A stretch of 64,000 nucleotides of DNA from a bacterium (lineage in GTDB: Bacteria > Patescibacteriota > Minisyncoccia > Phycocordibacterales > Phycocordibacteraceae): contig JAJZPB010000002.1 in assembly GCA_021811365.1 (NCBI GenBank), positions 8,162 to 72,161 on the forward strand, given 5' to 3'. Positions within the stretch are counted from its first letter, which is position 1. The number at the start of each line of letters is the position of its first letter. The position numbers and the translations under genes are program-made. This document shows, piece by piece, positions 21,079 through 30,320 of the stretch. The notes below the pieces were generated by a model. It searched no databases and was not told the DNA's origin. It saw nothing but the letters and a program-made list of their open reading frames with translations.

Positions 21079-22116
21079 CTACACCGTAAACGACGTGACC
21101 GAGTACAAATCCTCTTCTCCATCACGCGGTTCTTCTGACGCGGCGGGCGCCACCGGATCATCCGAGAGCTGAGTGGTATTGGGATACACCGGCATTTCCG
21201 CTACGACGATCTCCGCCTCTGATGCGTGAATGTCCTCATTTTGCATGTCACTGGAGGATACCTGAGCCTCGGTACTATGTTCTGCGGCGAGCGTCGCAAC
21301 GAGCACCGCAAGATCTTCAGGCGAAAAGAAGTCAATCATGAGACGACCACCCTCGACGCCCGCTTCGATAATGACTCGCGTGCCAAGACGCTCGGCGAGC
21401 GAGCGTTCGAGCTCAGCCATTTCTGGTGTCTTGCGATGGTGTTTACGCACGCGCTCCTGCGCAATAGAACGCGCAATGCGTTCGGCCACTCGCACGGTAA
21501 TTTTCTTGAGGACGATCTCCTTGAAGAGCGTCTCCTGCTCTTCAATTCGGTCAGCAAGAGCAAGCAGCGCACGGGCATGGCCTTCGGTAATCTCCTTGGT
21601 CGTTATTGCCATCTGCATGTGCTCGGGCAGTGAAAGGAGGCGCAGCGAATTGCTGACATACTCCCGGCTTTTCCCAATCTTTGCTGCTGTTTCACCGTGC
21701 GAAATACCAAATTCGTTTACCAACTGCTGGAGCGCTTTCGCGCGATCTATTGCGTTAAGATCCTCACGCTGAAGGTTTTCTATTATTGCGAGCTCAAGCT
21801 TGGTCAAGCTACTCTCGCCGGTACGAATTACTACCGGTACCTGCTTAAGACCGGCAAGTTTGCTCGCGCGCAAACGCCGTTCACCAGCAATGAGCTCGTA
21901 ATGTGTTTCGAGTCCCCCGTCGGGTTTCTCAACCTCCTCACGCGTGACGGTCAGTGGCTGCAAGAGGCCATACTGGCGAATACTATCAGCCAAGGAGCGC
22001 AGCCCTTCTTCACTAAAGTCGCGGCGTGGCTGATAGGGGTTTGGACGAATTTTCTCCGTATCTACCCAATACACCGAATCGTATCTTGTCGGAATGTAGC
22101 GTGTCTCCTCATTCAT
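21079..22116 (-). CDS. parB: ParB/Spo0J chromosome partitioning protein
   Basis: PNPYQPR, LIAGERRLRA, IIENLQREDL, GKSREYVSN, EGHARALL. Confidence 0.93.
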   Translation of the reverse strand: MNEETRYIPTRYDSVYWVDTEKIRPNPYQPRRDFSEEGLRSLADSIRQYGLLQPLTVTREEVEKPDGGLETHYELIAGERRLRASKLAGLKQVPVVIRTGESSLTKLELAIIENLQREDLNAIDRAKALQQLVNEFGISHGETAAKIGKSREYVSNSLRLLSLPEHMQMAITTKEITEGHARALLALADRIEEQETLFKEIVLKKITVRVAERIARSIAQERVRKHHRKTPEMAELERSLAERLGTRVIIEAGVEGGRLMIDFFSPEDLAVLVATLAAEHSTEAQVSSSDMQNEDIHASEAEIVVAEMPVYPNTTQLSDDPVAPAASEEPRDGEEDLYSVTSFTV

Positions 22117-22192
22117 GGCCGGATTGTACCACGATGAAATTACGAGCTGGAAATGCTACCGTATGCACAAGCGAGTTGCGTATGCGGCACGC

Positions 22193-22273
22193 GCCGGGAT
22201 GGCGGAATGGTAGACGCGGTGGATTCAAAACCCACTGTCGCAAGACATGAGAGTTCAAGTCTCTCTCCCGGCA
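22193..22273 (+). tRNA. tRNA-Leu (anticodon CAA)
   Basis: gccgggatggcggaatggtagacgcggtggatt-CAA-aacccac, long variable arm, gagagttcaagtctctctcccggca. Confidence 0.92.
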
Positions 22274-22289
22274 CACGTAAGTTTTCTGG

Positions 22290-22357
22290 AGTTCGGCTAG
22301 CGCCTCTCCCGGCACAAAGAGACCTTTCAAAGTTCGGCTAGCGCCTCTCCCGACATA
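22290..22357 (+). repeat. two degenerate copies of the tRNA-Leu 3' end, 41 bp apart
   Basis: agttcggctagcgcctctcccggcaca (22290-22316) and agttcggctagcgcctctcccgacata (22331-22357) versus tRNA agttcaagtctctctcccggcaca. Confidence 0.85.
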
Positions 22358-22427
22358 CGTACCGTATCCTAAGGCTATTTAACGCGTGCTATCATGGCGG
22401 CGGACCTTAACAAGAGGAGTTCCGTTA

Positions 22428-23177
22428 ATGACGAAACACCGAACGGAAGTGGTGTTCGCATTCGATCGCAGTGTATACGGCCGGCAAGAGAGAGCGCTCC
22501 TCAAAGCAGTTCGCGGCTCAGGGATTGAGATACTCAAAGTCGGACTTGAAGCTATGACCGCACGCGCTGGCTGGAGGCGCAAGTCCGTTGCCGACCGAGC
22601 TGCTGCTGCCTGGGGCCCGGAACGCATACTTTGGGACCAGAAGATTCACGATATCCCGGAAACGGTTCAGCGAGCCGTCTACAACCTCACCGGTACCGTG
22701 TGGGGCGTTACGCTTCATGCCAGTGGAGGCACGGCAATGCTCCAAGCGGCCGTCACCGGCTGGCGCAAGAAACTCCATGACATCGGCGCCGAGGGCATTC
22801 GCACAACCTTGTTTGGCGTAACGGTGTTGACCTCGTTGAGCGGCGAGTGCGAGAGCATTTTTGGCAGTGAACCAGCAGCGAAGGTGTTGCAGTTTGTACG
22901 TTTCTGCGCAAATGAAGGAATCGGCGGTGTCGTATGCTCTGGACAAGAACTGCAGTCGCTATCGAACTCTGGGTTTTCTGGAGTCGTTAAAACGCTGGTG
23001 CCCGGCATACGACCCGCCTGGGCCACGGTGAACGACCAAGCCCGCACTATGACTCCAAGAGACGCAGCGCGTCTTGGGGCCGACTACATTGTTGTGGGTC
23101 GGCCAATCTCGGACGGGCCCTATGCGCCTAGCGAAGCAGTCCGACGCATACGTGAAGAGCTCGGAGCTTATGGATAG
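22428..23177 (+). CDS. pyrF: orotidine-5'-phosphate decarboxylase
   Basis: KVGLE, DQKIHDIPETV (DxKxxDI), VTVLTS, PGIRP, DQAR, VVGRPI. Confidence 0.9.
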   Translation: MTKHRTEVVFAFDRSVYGRQERALLKAVRGSGIEILKVGLEAMTARAGWRRKSVADRAAAAWGPERILWDQKIHDIPETVQRAVYNLTGTVWGVTLHASGGTAMLQAAVTGWRKKLHDIGAEGIRTTLFGVTVLTSLSGECESIFGSEPAAKVLQFVRFCANEGIGGVVCSGQELQSLSNSGFSGVVKTLVPGIRPAWATVNDQARTMTPRDAARLGADYIVVGRPISDGPYAPSEAVRRIREELGAYG

Positions 23178-23181
23178 CCCT

Positions 23182-23207
23182 AACCCCTACGGCGCGCCGT
23201 AGGGGTT
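23182..23207. terminator. terminator hairpin between the convergent pyrF and peroxiredoxin genes
   Basis: aacccctacgg-cgcg-ccgtaggggtt followed by a T-run. Confidence 0.75.
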
Positions 23208-23235
23208 CCTGCTTTTTTACTGCGCGTGTCGCTCG

Positions 23236-23901
23236 CTATGCGCCGCGCTTCTGCTTAAGCGCCTTTTCTACTTCAATTGTATCGCTACCGGGCTGCCAGG
23301 AAGCCGGACACACCTGTCCTTTGTGCGTATCAACGAACTGGCAGGCCTCAAGCTTGCGAAGCGCTTCAGCGGCACTGCGTCCGACTGCACTATCGCTCAC
23401 CTCCATCGCACGGAGCGTCCCGACCGTATCTATAATGAACGTACCGCGCTGGGCAAATCCCTCGTCTGCAACAAGCTCCGGCTCGCCGCCCTCGACGAGC
23501 ACCCCAAAAGCGTAGGCGAGCTTGCCGGAAGGGTCAGCGGCCATTGGGTACTGCACCTTTCCTACTTGCGGAGAACTTTCATGCCACGCCTTATGCACGT
23601 AGGCAGAGTCCGTCGACACAGAAATCACCTCGGCGTTGTGTTCCTTAAATTTTGTATAGAGATCCGCAAGTTCCTCAAGCTCGGTTGGACATACGAACGT
23701 GAAGTCCGCAGGATAGAACACCAGAACTACCCATTTGCCACGCAGCGACGAAATCGAGCGTGTCGATATATTCCCGTCCTGGTATGCCTCGAACTCAAAG
23801 TCGGGCACCGGCTCGCCAACCTTCACCTGAGAGGCGTAGTCACGCACGGTATCGTGGAATTCCCCGCAATGTTCGCAATAGTTGCTTTTAGTCTCCTTCA
23901 T
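23236..23901 (-). CDS. ahpC: 2-Cys peroxiredoxin (AhpC)
   Basis: FYPADFTFVCPTE, RGTFIID, VCPASW. Confidence 0.92.
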   Translation of the reverse strand: MKETKSNYCEHCGEFHDTVRDYASQVKVGEPVPDFEFEAYQDGNISTRSISSLRGKWVVLVFYPADFTFVCPTELEELADLYTKFKEHNAEVISVSTDSAYVHKAWHESSPQVGKVQYPMAADPSGKLAYAFGVLVEGGEPELVADEGFAQRGTFIIDTVGTLRAMEVSDSAVGRSAAEALRKLEACQFVDTHKGQVCPASWQPGSDTIEVEKALKQKRGA

Positions 23902-23944
23902 GGCATTTTATTAATGTATAGGGGCCATGATACCATCGCGTTCA

Positions 23945-24826
23945 ATGGACGCCAAAAGCCAGACCTCGCTCGATATACTTTGCATCACGGGGCCAACCGC
24001 CTCGGGCAAGACCGCACGCGCGGTTGCCGAAGCGCTTGCCCGAGGTGGTGAGGTGATTTCGGTTGACTCTCGACAGGTATATCGACATCTCGACATAGGA
24101 ACGGAGAAAGCTAACAAGACTGAACTGCGCGGTGTGCCGCACCACCTCATCGACATACGCGAACCGACCGAGGTCTACTCTGCTGGCGACTTTGTGGATG
24201 ATGCCTCGAGGCTTATTGCGGAAATCAGCGCGCGCGGGAAGCTGCCGATACTCGCTGGAGGTACTCACTTCTATTTCGATGCCCTTCTGAACGGTCTCCC
24301 GGTCGCCACCGACCCCAACGACGCCTTGCGCAGTGCGCTTGAACCGCTCACCAATGAAGAACTGCTCGCGCGCATAGCAGCAGCGGACCCGCGGCGCGCT
24401 CAGGAACTCGACCCGCGCAATCGTCGTCGGCTCGTCCGTGCTCTTGAAATCATCAGCGCGCACGGTAGTGTTCCTTCGCGCACTACAAGAACCGCGCATT
24501 ACCGCACCGAATGGATTGTCATCGACCCTCCCCTGCTGCAATTACGCGAGCGCATCGACGCGCGGCTTGCGCAGGCGCTTGGACGCGGACTTATACATGA
24601 GACTGCGTGGGCACGAGATACACTCGGAGACGCGCGGTTAAACGAGCTCGGTCTTGAGTACCGCGTGGTGGGCGAATTCCTGCGAGGCGAGCGCAGCGAA
24701 GCATCTCTTCTTCCTGCGCTTTCAGCAAAACTCTGGCAGTATGCGCGGCGCCAGAAGGCGTGGCTAAGAAAACTGCGAGACGAGCACGCTATTGCGGAAG
24801 CACCGTCGCACCCGGGCAGAAACTAA
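23945..24826 (+). CDS. miaA: tRNA dimethylallyltransferase
   Basis: GPTASGKT, ISVDSRQVYR, PHHLID, GGTHFY, YARRQKAW. Confidence 0.95.
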   Translation: MDAKSQTSLDILCITGPTASGKTARAVAEALARGGEVISVDSRQVYRHLDIGTEKANKTELRGVPHHLIDIREPTEVYSAGDFVDDASRLIAEISARGKLPILAGGTHFYFDALLNGLPVATDPNDALRSALEPLTNEELLARIAAADPRRAQELDPRNRRRLVRALEIISAHGSVPSRTTRTAHYRTEWIVIDPPLLQLRERIDARLAQALGRGLIHETAWARDTLGDARLNELGLEYRVVGEFLRGERSEASLLPALSAKLWQYARRQKAWLRKLRDEHAIAEAPSHPGRN

Positions 24827-25397
24827 ACCCGAGGTTTTTCCCCGCATACACCGGATTCACATCTACGGTTGTGCCGAGATAGTACGTGAGTGCGCACGCC
24901 TGTGCTTCAGTAATTCCAAGTGTTTGCAAGAGGAACTGCTGCGCAGCGAGACGAGCAGCGCCAATCGGCTCTTGCGTAAGCGCTATGAGGAAATACTGAC
25001 CGGTGCTGTCATAAAAAATATTGAAGTCGGTAGTCGAAGCGGTGCCGCACGGCCCGCCGCCAACTGGACAGTACCCAAGATCGCCCGCAAGCAGATATCG
25101 TCCAGGGTTCGCCGAGTCAGCTAGGGTAACGCCGTTATGAATAAAGTCCGGAACCGTTACGGGCGCCTGGCCGCGCTCTGCGATTGTTATCGTTTGCGCT
25201 GCTGAAGTAGCCGACGTCGTACCAGTGAACGAACCGCTTTGCGCTGGTATGGAGTTACTTACTGGCAATGTCCCCGTCGGTAGTGGTCCTGTGGTCTGCC
25301 GCGGCGCGGGCGACAGCAGGTACACCCACACAAACCCGAACACAACTGCGACAGCCACTACGATACCGGTCCACGCAAGAATGTGTTTCAGATACAT
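24789..25397 (-). CDS. hypothetical membrane-anchored protein
   Basis: N-terminal TM segment, T/P/S linker, Cys-containing C-terminal domain. Confidence 0.65.
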   Translation of the reverse strand: MYLKHILAWTGIVVAVAVVFGFVWVYLLSPAPRQTTGPLPTGTLPVSNSIPAQSGSFTGTTSATSAAQTITIAERGQAPVTVPDFIHNGVTLADSANPGRYLLAGDLGYCPVGGGPCGTASTTDFNIFYDSTGQYFLIALTQEPIGAARLAAQQFLLQTLGITEAQACALTYYLGTTVDVNPVYAGKNLGFSFCPGATVLPQ

Positions 25398-25407
25398 ACG
25401 TTTAGCA

Positions 25408-26367
25408 TTAGTACTGCGCTATGCAAGCAGCCTGATTTGCACTATGCGAATCAGCAGTCCAAGGACTGAAGCTTCCGCCGTTGTTTGCCAGAAGACATGC
25501 TGCAGCCGATGAACTACAACTGATGCTCGCAGCAGCCTGTACACACTGAGCGACTACCGGGCTCCCGGGAATCGGGTTGCCGCCGCTAAAGCCGCTCGCA
25601 CAGTTGAGCGGCCCCGTGGCGCCCGCTGCCGTCTCGCACGCTTGGTTGTTGTAACATGAGCTGTTGCTCTGCATAAGAACCTGAAAAGCTCCTGCAGCGC
25701 TTGAACCTTTACCCCAGGCATAATTTTTGTTAGCTGCTCCGCACCCGCTTTCGAATTTGGCAATGCAGGCAAGCGTTTGCGATTGCGCTACTGAGAGAGA
25801 ATAGCCACCTGCAGCTGCACCCTGCTGCACGAGTGTGGGGTCGCACGCACCCATGCCCGTTGGCGAAAGGTTAGCCACGACCGACCCTGTCGTCGCGCCC
25901 ATAGTGCCCGTATAGGTTTCGCTTACATTAACCGGTAAACACACGGCCGTTCCGCCCCCAAACATACCGCTCGTCCACTGGGCGATGCCCTTAGCAGTAA
26001 GGCTAACAAGCACCATGTTTACGATTAGCCACGCAGCAAGCGCCACCACGATTCCGACCACCAGGTTAACCAGCAGTTTGCGTGCCTTTTGGTGCCCGCC
26101 TGGAGACGCAGGTTCGAACACCATCAGAAAGCCCGCGTAAGCAATCATGAGTGGTGCAATGAACACGATGGCCATCGTAACCGTAAACGCCAGCAGATTG
26201 TTTACGGTTTGTATAAGGCCATTGAAATTCCCCGCGCAGGTCTGGTTGAGCGTGGGCACAATTGGTCCAAAAAACGGGACGCCGGTAGCGTGCGCCAGAG
26301 GCGGCAAGACCGTAGCTACCCCTAACGCAAGAAGCGCAGACCCTGTAAGCATCCTGCGAGAACTCAT
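25408..26367 (-). CDS. pilin-like (VirB2/TrbC-like) membrane protein fused to a Cys-rich lytic-transglycosylase-like domain
   Basis: Signal peptide, two TM segments with YAGF...KARKLLVNLVVG, then IAKFESG...SAAGAFQV (SLT motifs I/II). Confidence 0.65.
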   Translation of the reverse strand: MSSRRMLTGSALLALGVATVLPPLAHATGVPFFGPIVPTLNQTCAGNFNGLIQTVNNLLAFTVTMAIVFIAPLMIAYAGFLMVFEPASPGGHQKARKLLVNLVVGIVVALAAWLIVNMVLVSLTAKGIAQWTSGMFGGGTAVCLPVNVSETYTGTMGATTGSVVANLSPTGMGACDPTLVQQGAAAGGYSLSVAQSQTLACIAKFESGCGAANKNYAWGKGSSAAGAFQVLMQSNSSCYNNQACETAAGATGPLNCASGFSGGNPIPGSPVVAQCVQAAASISCSSSAAACLLANNGGSFSPWTADSHSANQAACIAQY

Positions 26368-26445
26368 GCGCCCATGATAGCGCGACGCGGCAGGGCGTGG
26401 CGCGCTTTCCCCACTCGTCGCTCTCTGGTATCGTAAAGCGCGTTA

Positions 26446-26516
26446 GGGCCTATAGTTTAGTGGTAAAACAGCGGTCTCCAAAACCGCCGTCCCAGGTTCG
26501 AGTCCTGGTGGGCCCG
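26446..26516 (+). tRNA. tRNA-Trp (anticodon CCA); anchor of the module array
   Basis: gggcctatagtttagtggtaaaacagcggtct-CCA-aaaccgccgtcccaggttcgagtcctggtgggcccg. Confidence 0.96.
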
Positions 26517-26620
26517 CCCGAAGACTTTTGTATCGGACAGACCCGAAGGCCTTATTCTTAGCCGTTATTGCGCAGCACGTTTTTAGAAAAGCTAGATAGG
26601 GCGAAGGGACACCGAACTTT
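26512..26620 (+). repeat. left-end repeat type A, copy 1
   Basis: gcccgcccgaagacttttgtatcggacagacccgaaggcc...tagaaaagctagatagggcgaaggg; near-identical at 27770, related at 48795 and 50612, partial near 49815 and 53487. Confidence 0.9.
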
Positions 26621-26625
26621 GGCCG

Positions 26626-27018
26626 TTAGTGCAGTAGTGCGAGAAGGTACGGTCCGAAGATAAGAAGCCCTATTATGGCAGCTGCGATGGCGGCAATGAG
26701 CACTGCTCCGGCGGCAACATCCTTCGTATCACGCGCGAACGGATGGTACTCGGGCGATGTCAGGTCGATATCTATCTCTATCGCCGTATTAAACGCTTCT
26801 GCGGCGAGCACCAGTCCAGCGGCGAAGACGATGAGCATCCAATCGGCTTGCGTGATGCGGAAATAGAAGCCGAGTGCGATTACGACGAGAAGGATTGCAA
26901 TGTCTACCCATGCGTTGTGAGTCGTTTTGATGACAAGCCAGATCCCGCGCCCCGCATGAGTGAAGCTTTTCGCTCGCTTCACAATTGAAAATCGTTTCTC
27001 TTCTTGTTTGGTTGCCAT
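26626..27018 (-). CDS. DgkA family diacylglycerol/undecaprenol kinase
   Basis: SFTHAGRGI, HNAW, EAFNTAIE..D, KDVAAGAVL. Confidence 0.9.
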   Translation of the reverse strand: MATKQEEKRFSIVKRAKSFTHAGRGIWLVIKTTHNAWVDIAILLVVIALGFYFRITQADWMLIVFAAGLVLAAEAFNTAIEIDIDLTSPEYHPFARDTKDVAAGAVLIAAIAAAIIGLLIFGPYLLALLH

Positions 27019-27024
27019 AGCAAT

Positions 27025-27666
27025 TTATCCGATTACGCGAATCGCTAATCTGCGGAACAGGAAGTATATAGCGGCGCAGAGCATCCCGAACAAGATCACC
27101 AATCCCAAAAGATATGCAGAAGCGAAAATGGATGCGATCAGTATTAGTAGGTGGAGCGGATCAGTAAAAATTACGTTGGAATTTATGTGCTCAAATCTGC
27201 CTAATACAATTCCAAATCCGACGACAAGGTTGAATACTATCAGCCACAGAATTTTCCTTTCTCGGAAGATTCGTACACGATCCGTGATGATCTCGAACGG
27301 ATAGAACGAAAAAATGAACGTCGGTACGGCGAACAGCTCAAGCAATATATATTGTGCGATGAGCAAGGTATGGCCGGATGCGGGCACCACGTATTCCCAT
27401 TGATACACGACGTGCCCCGCATCGGTGAATAAATATGCAGCGTTAGGCAAAAAGAGCAGCCATACTATTCCGAAAATAATCTGCGCGACTTTTGATCTGC
27501 TCCGCAGCGTCAACAAAAAGAGCCACGTGAATGCAACTGCGACAAGTGCGACGACGCAGTTGGAAACATCAACCCTGTTGATCAGAAAGAATATGACAAG
27601 GAGGAAAACAGCGGTAACGGTGTTCCGCCCAGTCTTGCCCGGTATAAATCTTTTCACAGCCTCCAT
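27025..27666 (-). CDS. DUF1361-like membrane protein
   Basis: WLLFLPNAAYLFTD, GIVLGRFEHINS. Confidence 0.75.
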   Translation of the reverse strand: MEAVKRFIPGKTGRNTVTAVFLLVIFFLINRVDVSNCVVALVAVAFTWLFLLTLRSRSKVAQIIFGIVWLLFLPNAAYLFTDAGHVVYQWEYVVPASGHTLLIAQYILLELFAVPTFIFSFYPFEIITDRVRIFRERKILWLIVFNLVVGFGIVLGRFEHINSNVIFTDPLHLLILIASIFASAYLLGLVILFGMLCAAIYFLFRRLAIRVIG

Positions 27667-27680
27667 CGCATTGATTTTAC

Positions 27681-27876
27681 ACCCGCCGAGATTCGAACTA
27701 ACGCGTAAAAATAAAAAGCTATATTCTAAGCCATAGGCGAAGGTACGACTCGAGAGCTTTCGTATCCTGCCGCCCGAAGACTTTAGTATCGGACAGACCC
27801 GAGAGTCTTATTTGTAGCCATTATTACGCAGCACGTTTTTAGAAAAGCTAGATAGGGCGAAGGGATTCCGAACTTT
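27681..27876 (+). repeat. junction 1: right-end type B (27681-27767) plus left-end type A (27770-27876)
   Basis: B: gagattcgaac...aagctatattctaagccataggcgaaggtacgactcgagagctttcgtatcc, repeated at 29386-29473. Confidence 0.9.
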
Positions 27877-27918
27877 TCCCTGAAATTCTAATCGATCGGC
27901 AATGCTACGATTATAGTC

Positions 27919-28593
27919 ATGAAGAACCCCGCGCTAAAGCTTTTCACGATGACGGCCATCTCTTTGGCCGTCATCTCACTTGCACTATTCCTTTCTGCGG
28001 GCACGCTCGCATACTGGCAAGCATGGACGTATCTCGCGGTGACACTACTCGCGAGCGTGCCGTACGTACGGATCATGCTTAAGGACCCGGTGCTTCGCGA
28101 AGGCAGAACGAAACTCGGTCCGCTCGCTGAGAAACGGCCCATCCAGAAAATCATCGTCGCGCTCTCAGGATTGCCGGGCATCGCTTTGTTCATTGTGCCC
28201 GGTCTCGACCATCGCTTCCACTGGTCAAGTGTGCCCTTCGGACTGATGCTGGCAGGAGATGTACTTATTTTCGTGAGCATGTGGATGGTGTACCGCGTTG
28301 TGAAAGAAAACTCCTTTGGTTCGGCAACGATCGAGGTGACCGAGAATCAGAAGGTCATTTCCACCGGCCCCTATGCCATCGTGCGCAATCCTATGTATGC
28401 GAGCGCACTCGTGTATTTCATCGGCATGTCCTTTGCGCTCGGCTCCTACTGGACTCTGGTTCCTGCTGCACTCACGACACTCGGTTTCGTATGGCGGCTC
28501 TTCGACGAAGAGAAATTTCTCTCCGCCAACCTCTCGGGCTACAAAGAATACTGCGCCAAAGTTCGTTGGCATCTCGTGCCGGGAATTTTTTAA
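27919..28593 (+). CDS. isoprenylcysteine carboxyl methyltransferase (ICMT/PEMT) family protein
   Basis: ENSFGSATI, QKVISTGPYAIVRNPMY, EEKFL..L.GYKEY..KVRW.LVPGIF. Confidence 0.9.
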   Translation: MKNPALKLFTMTAISLAVISLALFLSAGTLAYWQAWTYLAVTLLASVPYVRIMLKDPVLREGRTKLGPLAEKRPIQKIIVALSGLPGIALFIVPGLDHRFHWSSVPFGLMLAGDVLIFVSMWMVYRVVKENSFGSATIEVTENQKVISTGPYAIVRNPMYASALVYFIGMSFALGSYWTLVPAALTTLGFVWRLFDEEKFLSANLSGYKEYCAKVRWHLVPGIF

Positions 28594-28602
28594 TTGAGTG
28601 CA

Positions 28603-29376
28603 ATGACCCTATTCTTGCCTGAATTCTCCATCCTTTTTCTCGCCTCGATTGTCGGCACGGCGGCCGTTGTTCCGTATAGCTTGCGGCTATTGAGATCGTC
28701 CGCGCAAAAGAAACCTTTGAAGATATCCGTTCCGATACTAACTCTTCTATCGGTGGTTCAGACTGCAGTTCTCTGTGGAATCGCGATTGCGGTAGGCTTG
28801 CTTGCATCTCACACAGTCGCACTTGGTGCTCCATACATTGAAGCAATACTCGCCAGCACACCCCTTCCTTCAGGTGTCGGTCTTGAGATCGCGGTTGCTT
28901 TCGGCGTTCTTGCTGGAGCAGTTCTTTTGATCGCAGATTTGTTCTTCCTGCCGTACTGGCCCCAACCGATTCTTGATGCGGCAAAAAGTACGACTATGCT
29001 GGAAAATTTCCTCGCAGCTTTCTATGGCGGTATCAACGAAGAGCTGTTGATGCGCCTGTTTGGGTTTTCTGTGCTCGTCTGGCTCCTGTCGTTTGTATGG
29101 CAGCCGAACCCGCTTATCTTTTGGAGCGTAAACGTCGTGATGGCGATTGTGTTCGGTATCGGCCATTTGCCTGCGCTGAAAGCACTGGTTGGTAACATAT
29201 CGGGGGTAATGCTTGCGCGAACACTGATCCTCAATGCTCCGGTCGGGCTTGTGTGCGGCTGGCTATTTTGGACATACGGCATAGAAGCTGCGATCATCGC
29301 GCACTTCTCGGCAGATATTGCGTATCACGTTTTTGGGACAGTAGTACTTCGGCGCAAGTTGGAGGTGGCAAATTAA
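28603..29376 (+). CDS. CPBP (Abi/CAAX) family intramembrane metalloprotease
   Basis: EELLMR, FGIGH, AH...D motifs, multiple TM segments. Confidence 0.88.
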   Translation: MTLFLPEFSILFLASIVGTAAVVPYSLRLLRSSAQKKPLKISVPILTLLSVVQTAVLCGIAIAVGLLASHTVALGAPYIEAILASTPLPSGVGLEIAVAFGVLAGAVLLIADLFFLPYWPQPILDAAKSTTMLENFLAAFYGGINEELLMRLFGFSVLVWLLSFVWQPNPLIFWSVNVVMAIVFGIGHLPALKALVGNISGVMLARTLILNAPVGLVCGWLFWTYGIEAAIIAHFSADIAYHVFGTVVLRRKLEVAN

Positions 29377-29385
29377 AACAGTCGA

Positions 29386-29560
29386 ACCCCGACGAGATTC
29401 GAACCAAACACCGAAAATAAGGAAGCTATATTCTAAGCCATGGCGAAGGTACGACCCGAGAGCTTTCGTATCCCTTCGCCTCCGCCAACACACTTTTTTA
29501 TCGGTGTCAACCCGAAGGCCCAAATCCACTACCCTCAGACTTTTTTATCGTGCAGACCCG
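29386..29560 (+). repeat. junction 2: right-end type B plus left-end type C (29482-29560)
   Basis: C: ccgccaacacacttttttatcggtgtcaacccgaaggcccaaatccactaccctcagactttttt, repeated at 51881-51955. Confidence 0.88.
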
Positions 29561-29636
29561 GGAGCCTTATACTGGAAAGCACCATGTTTTGTGCATGGTG
29601 CTTTCTGGGATAGCCGTGCTTCTCCAGGTACCTTTG

Positions 29637-29897
29637 TTACTTGCCCTTGTGCTGGATTTTGTCCGATTTCTCGCGGTTTTCCTCCCAATGCAGCGGCTGC
29701 AAATTTCGCGCATGGTCCGTTCCGCCATTGGCCACTGGATTTTTATGGTCGATTTCCCAACCATAATCACCACACGTGCCATATGAGCCAAAACGAATCG
29801 TGTTTCCGTATGTGTCTTTCCGCCACGTGTCAGGATCTTTGCCGCGTATCTCTCGGCCCTTCCCCCAGACCTCCTCGACTTGTTTTCTCGAAGCCAT
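29637..29897 (-). CDS. small HNH endonuclease
   Basis: WRKDTYGN, GWEIDHKNPVANGGTD..RNLQPLHWEEN. Confidence 0.85.
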   Translation of the reverse strand: MASRKQVEEVWGKGREIRGKDPDTWRKDTYGNTIRFGSYGTCGDYGWEIDHKNPVANGGTDHARNLQPLHWEENREKSDKIQHKGK

Positions 29898-30029
29898 ATG
29901 CCTCAATGTCTTAATGCTGATAAACCTGATTCATCGACCACAAGGGGGACCCTTGACCGCCAGGTGGTATCTATAATATACTTCCCGCTATGGGAGTCAA
30001 CATGGAGGTACTAAGAGCGAACCACGGCT

Positions 30030-30317
30030 ATGCAATTAGTTGGAAAAGACACCTTGGATACCTTCAAAAATGAGCATCCCGATGCGCGCTCACAGGTCGA
30101 AGCGTGGGAAGCCGAAGTGGAGAACGCTAGTTGGGGAACACCGCACGACCTCAAACGGCGTTATCCGAAGGCAAGCCTTCCCGGTAAACAACAAGCCATA
30201 TTCGACATTTGCTGGAACAGGTATCGGTTGTGGGTCAAGGTCGCATACAACACCGGTATCGTGATAGTGAAGGCGATCGGTACACACCAAGAGTACGAAG
30301 AGTGGCCTATTGAATAG
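30030..30317 (+). CDS. HigB family (RelE-like) toxin
   Basis: W..PHDLK..YP.AS, IFDI..NRYRL, IGTHQEYE. Confidence 0.88.
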   Translation: MQLVGKDTLDTFKNEHPDARSQVEAWEAEVENASWGTPHDLKRRYPKASLPGKQQAIFDICWNRYRLWVKVAYNTGIVIVKAIGTHQEYEEWPIE

Positions 30318-30320
30318 CAT

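Noticed and set aside
22290-22357. Possible mini-CRISPR
   Set aside because: Only two units, a 14-nt spacer, tRNA-derived sequence and no cas genes.
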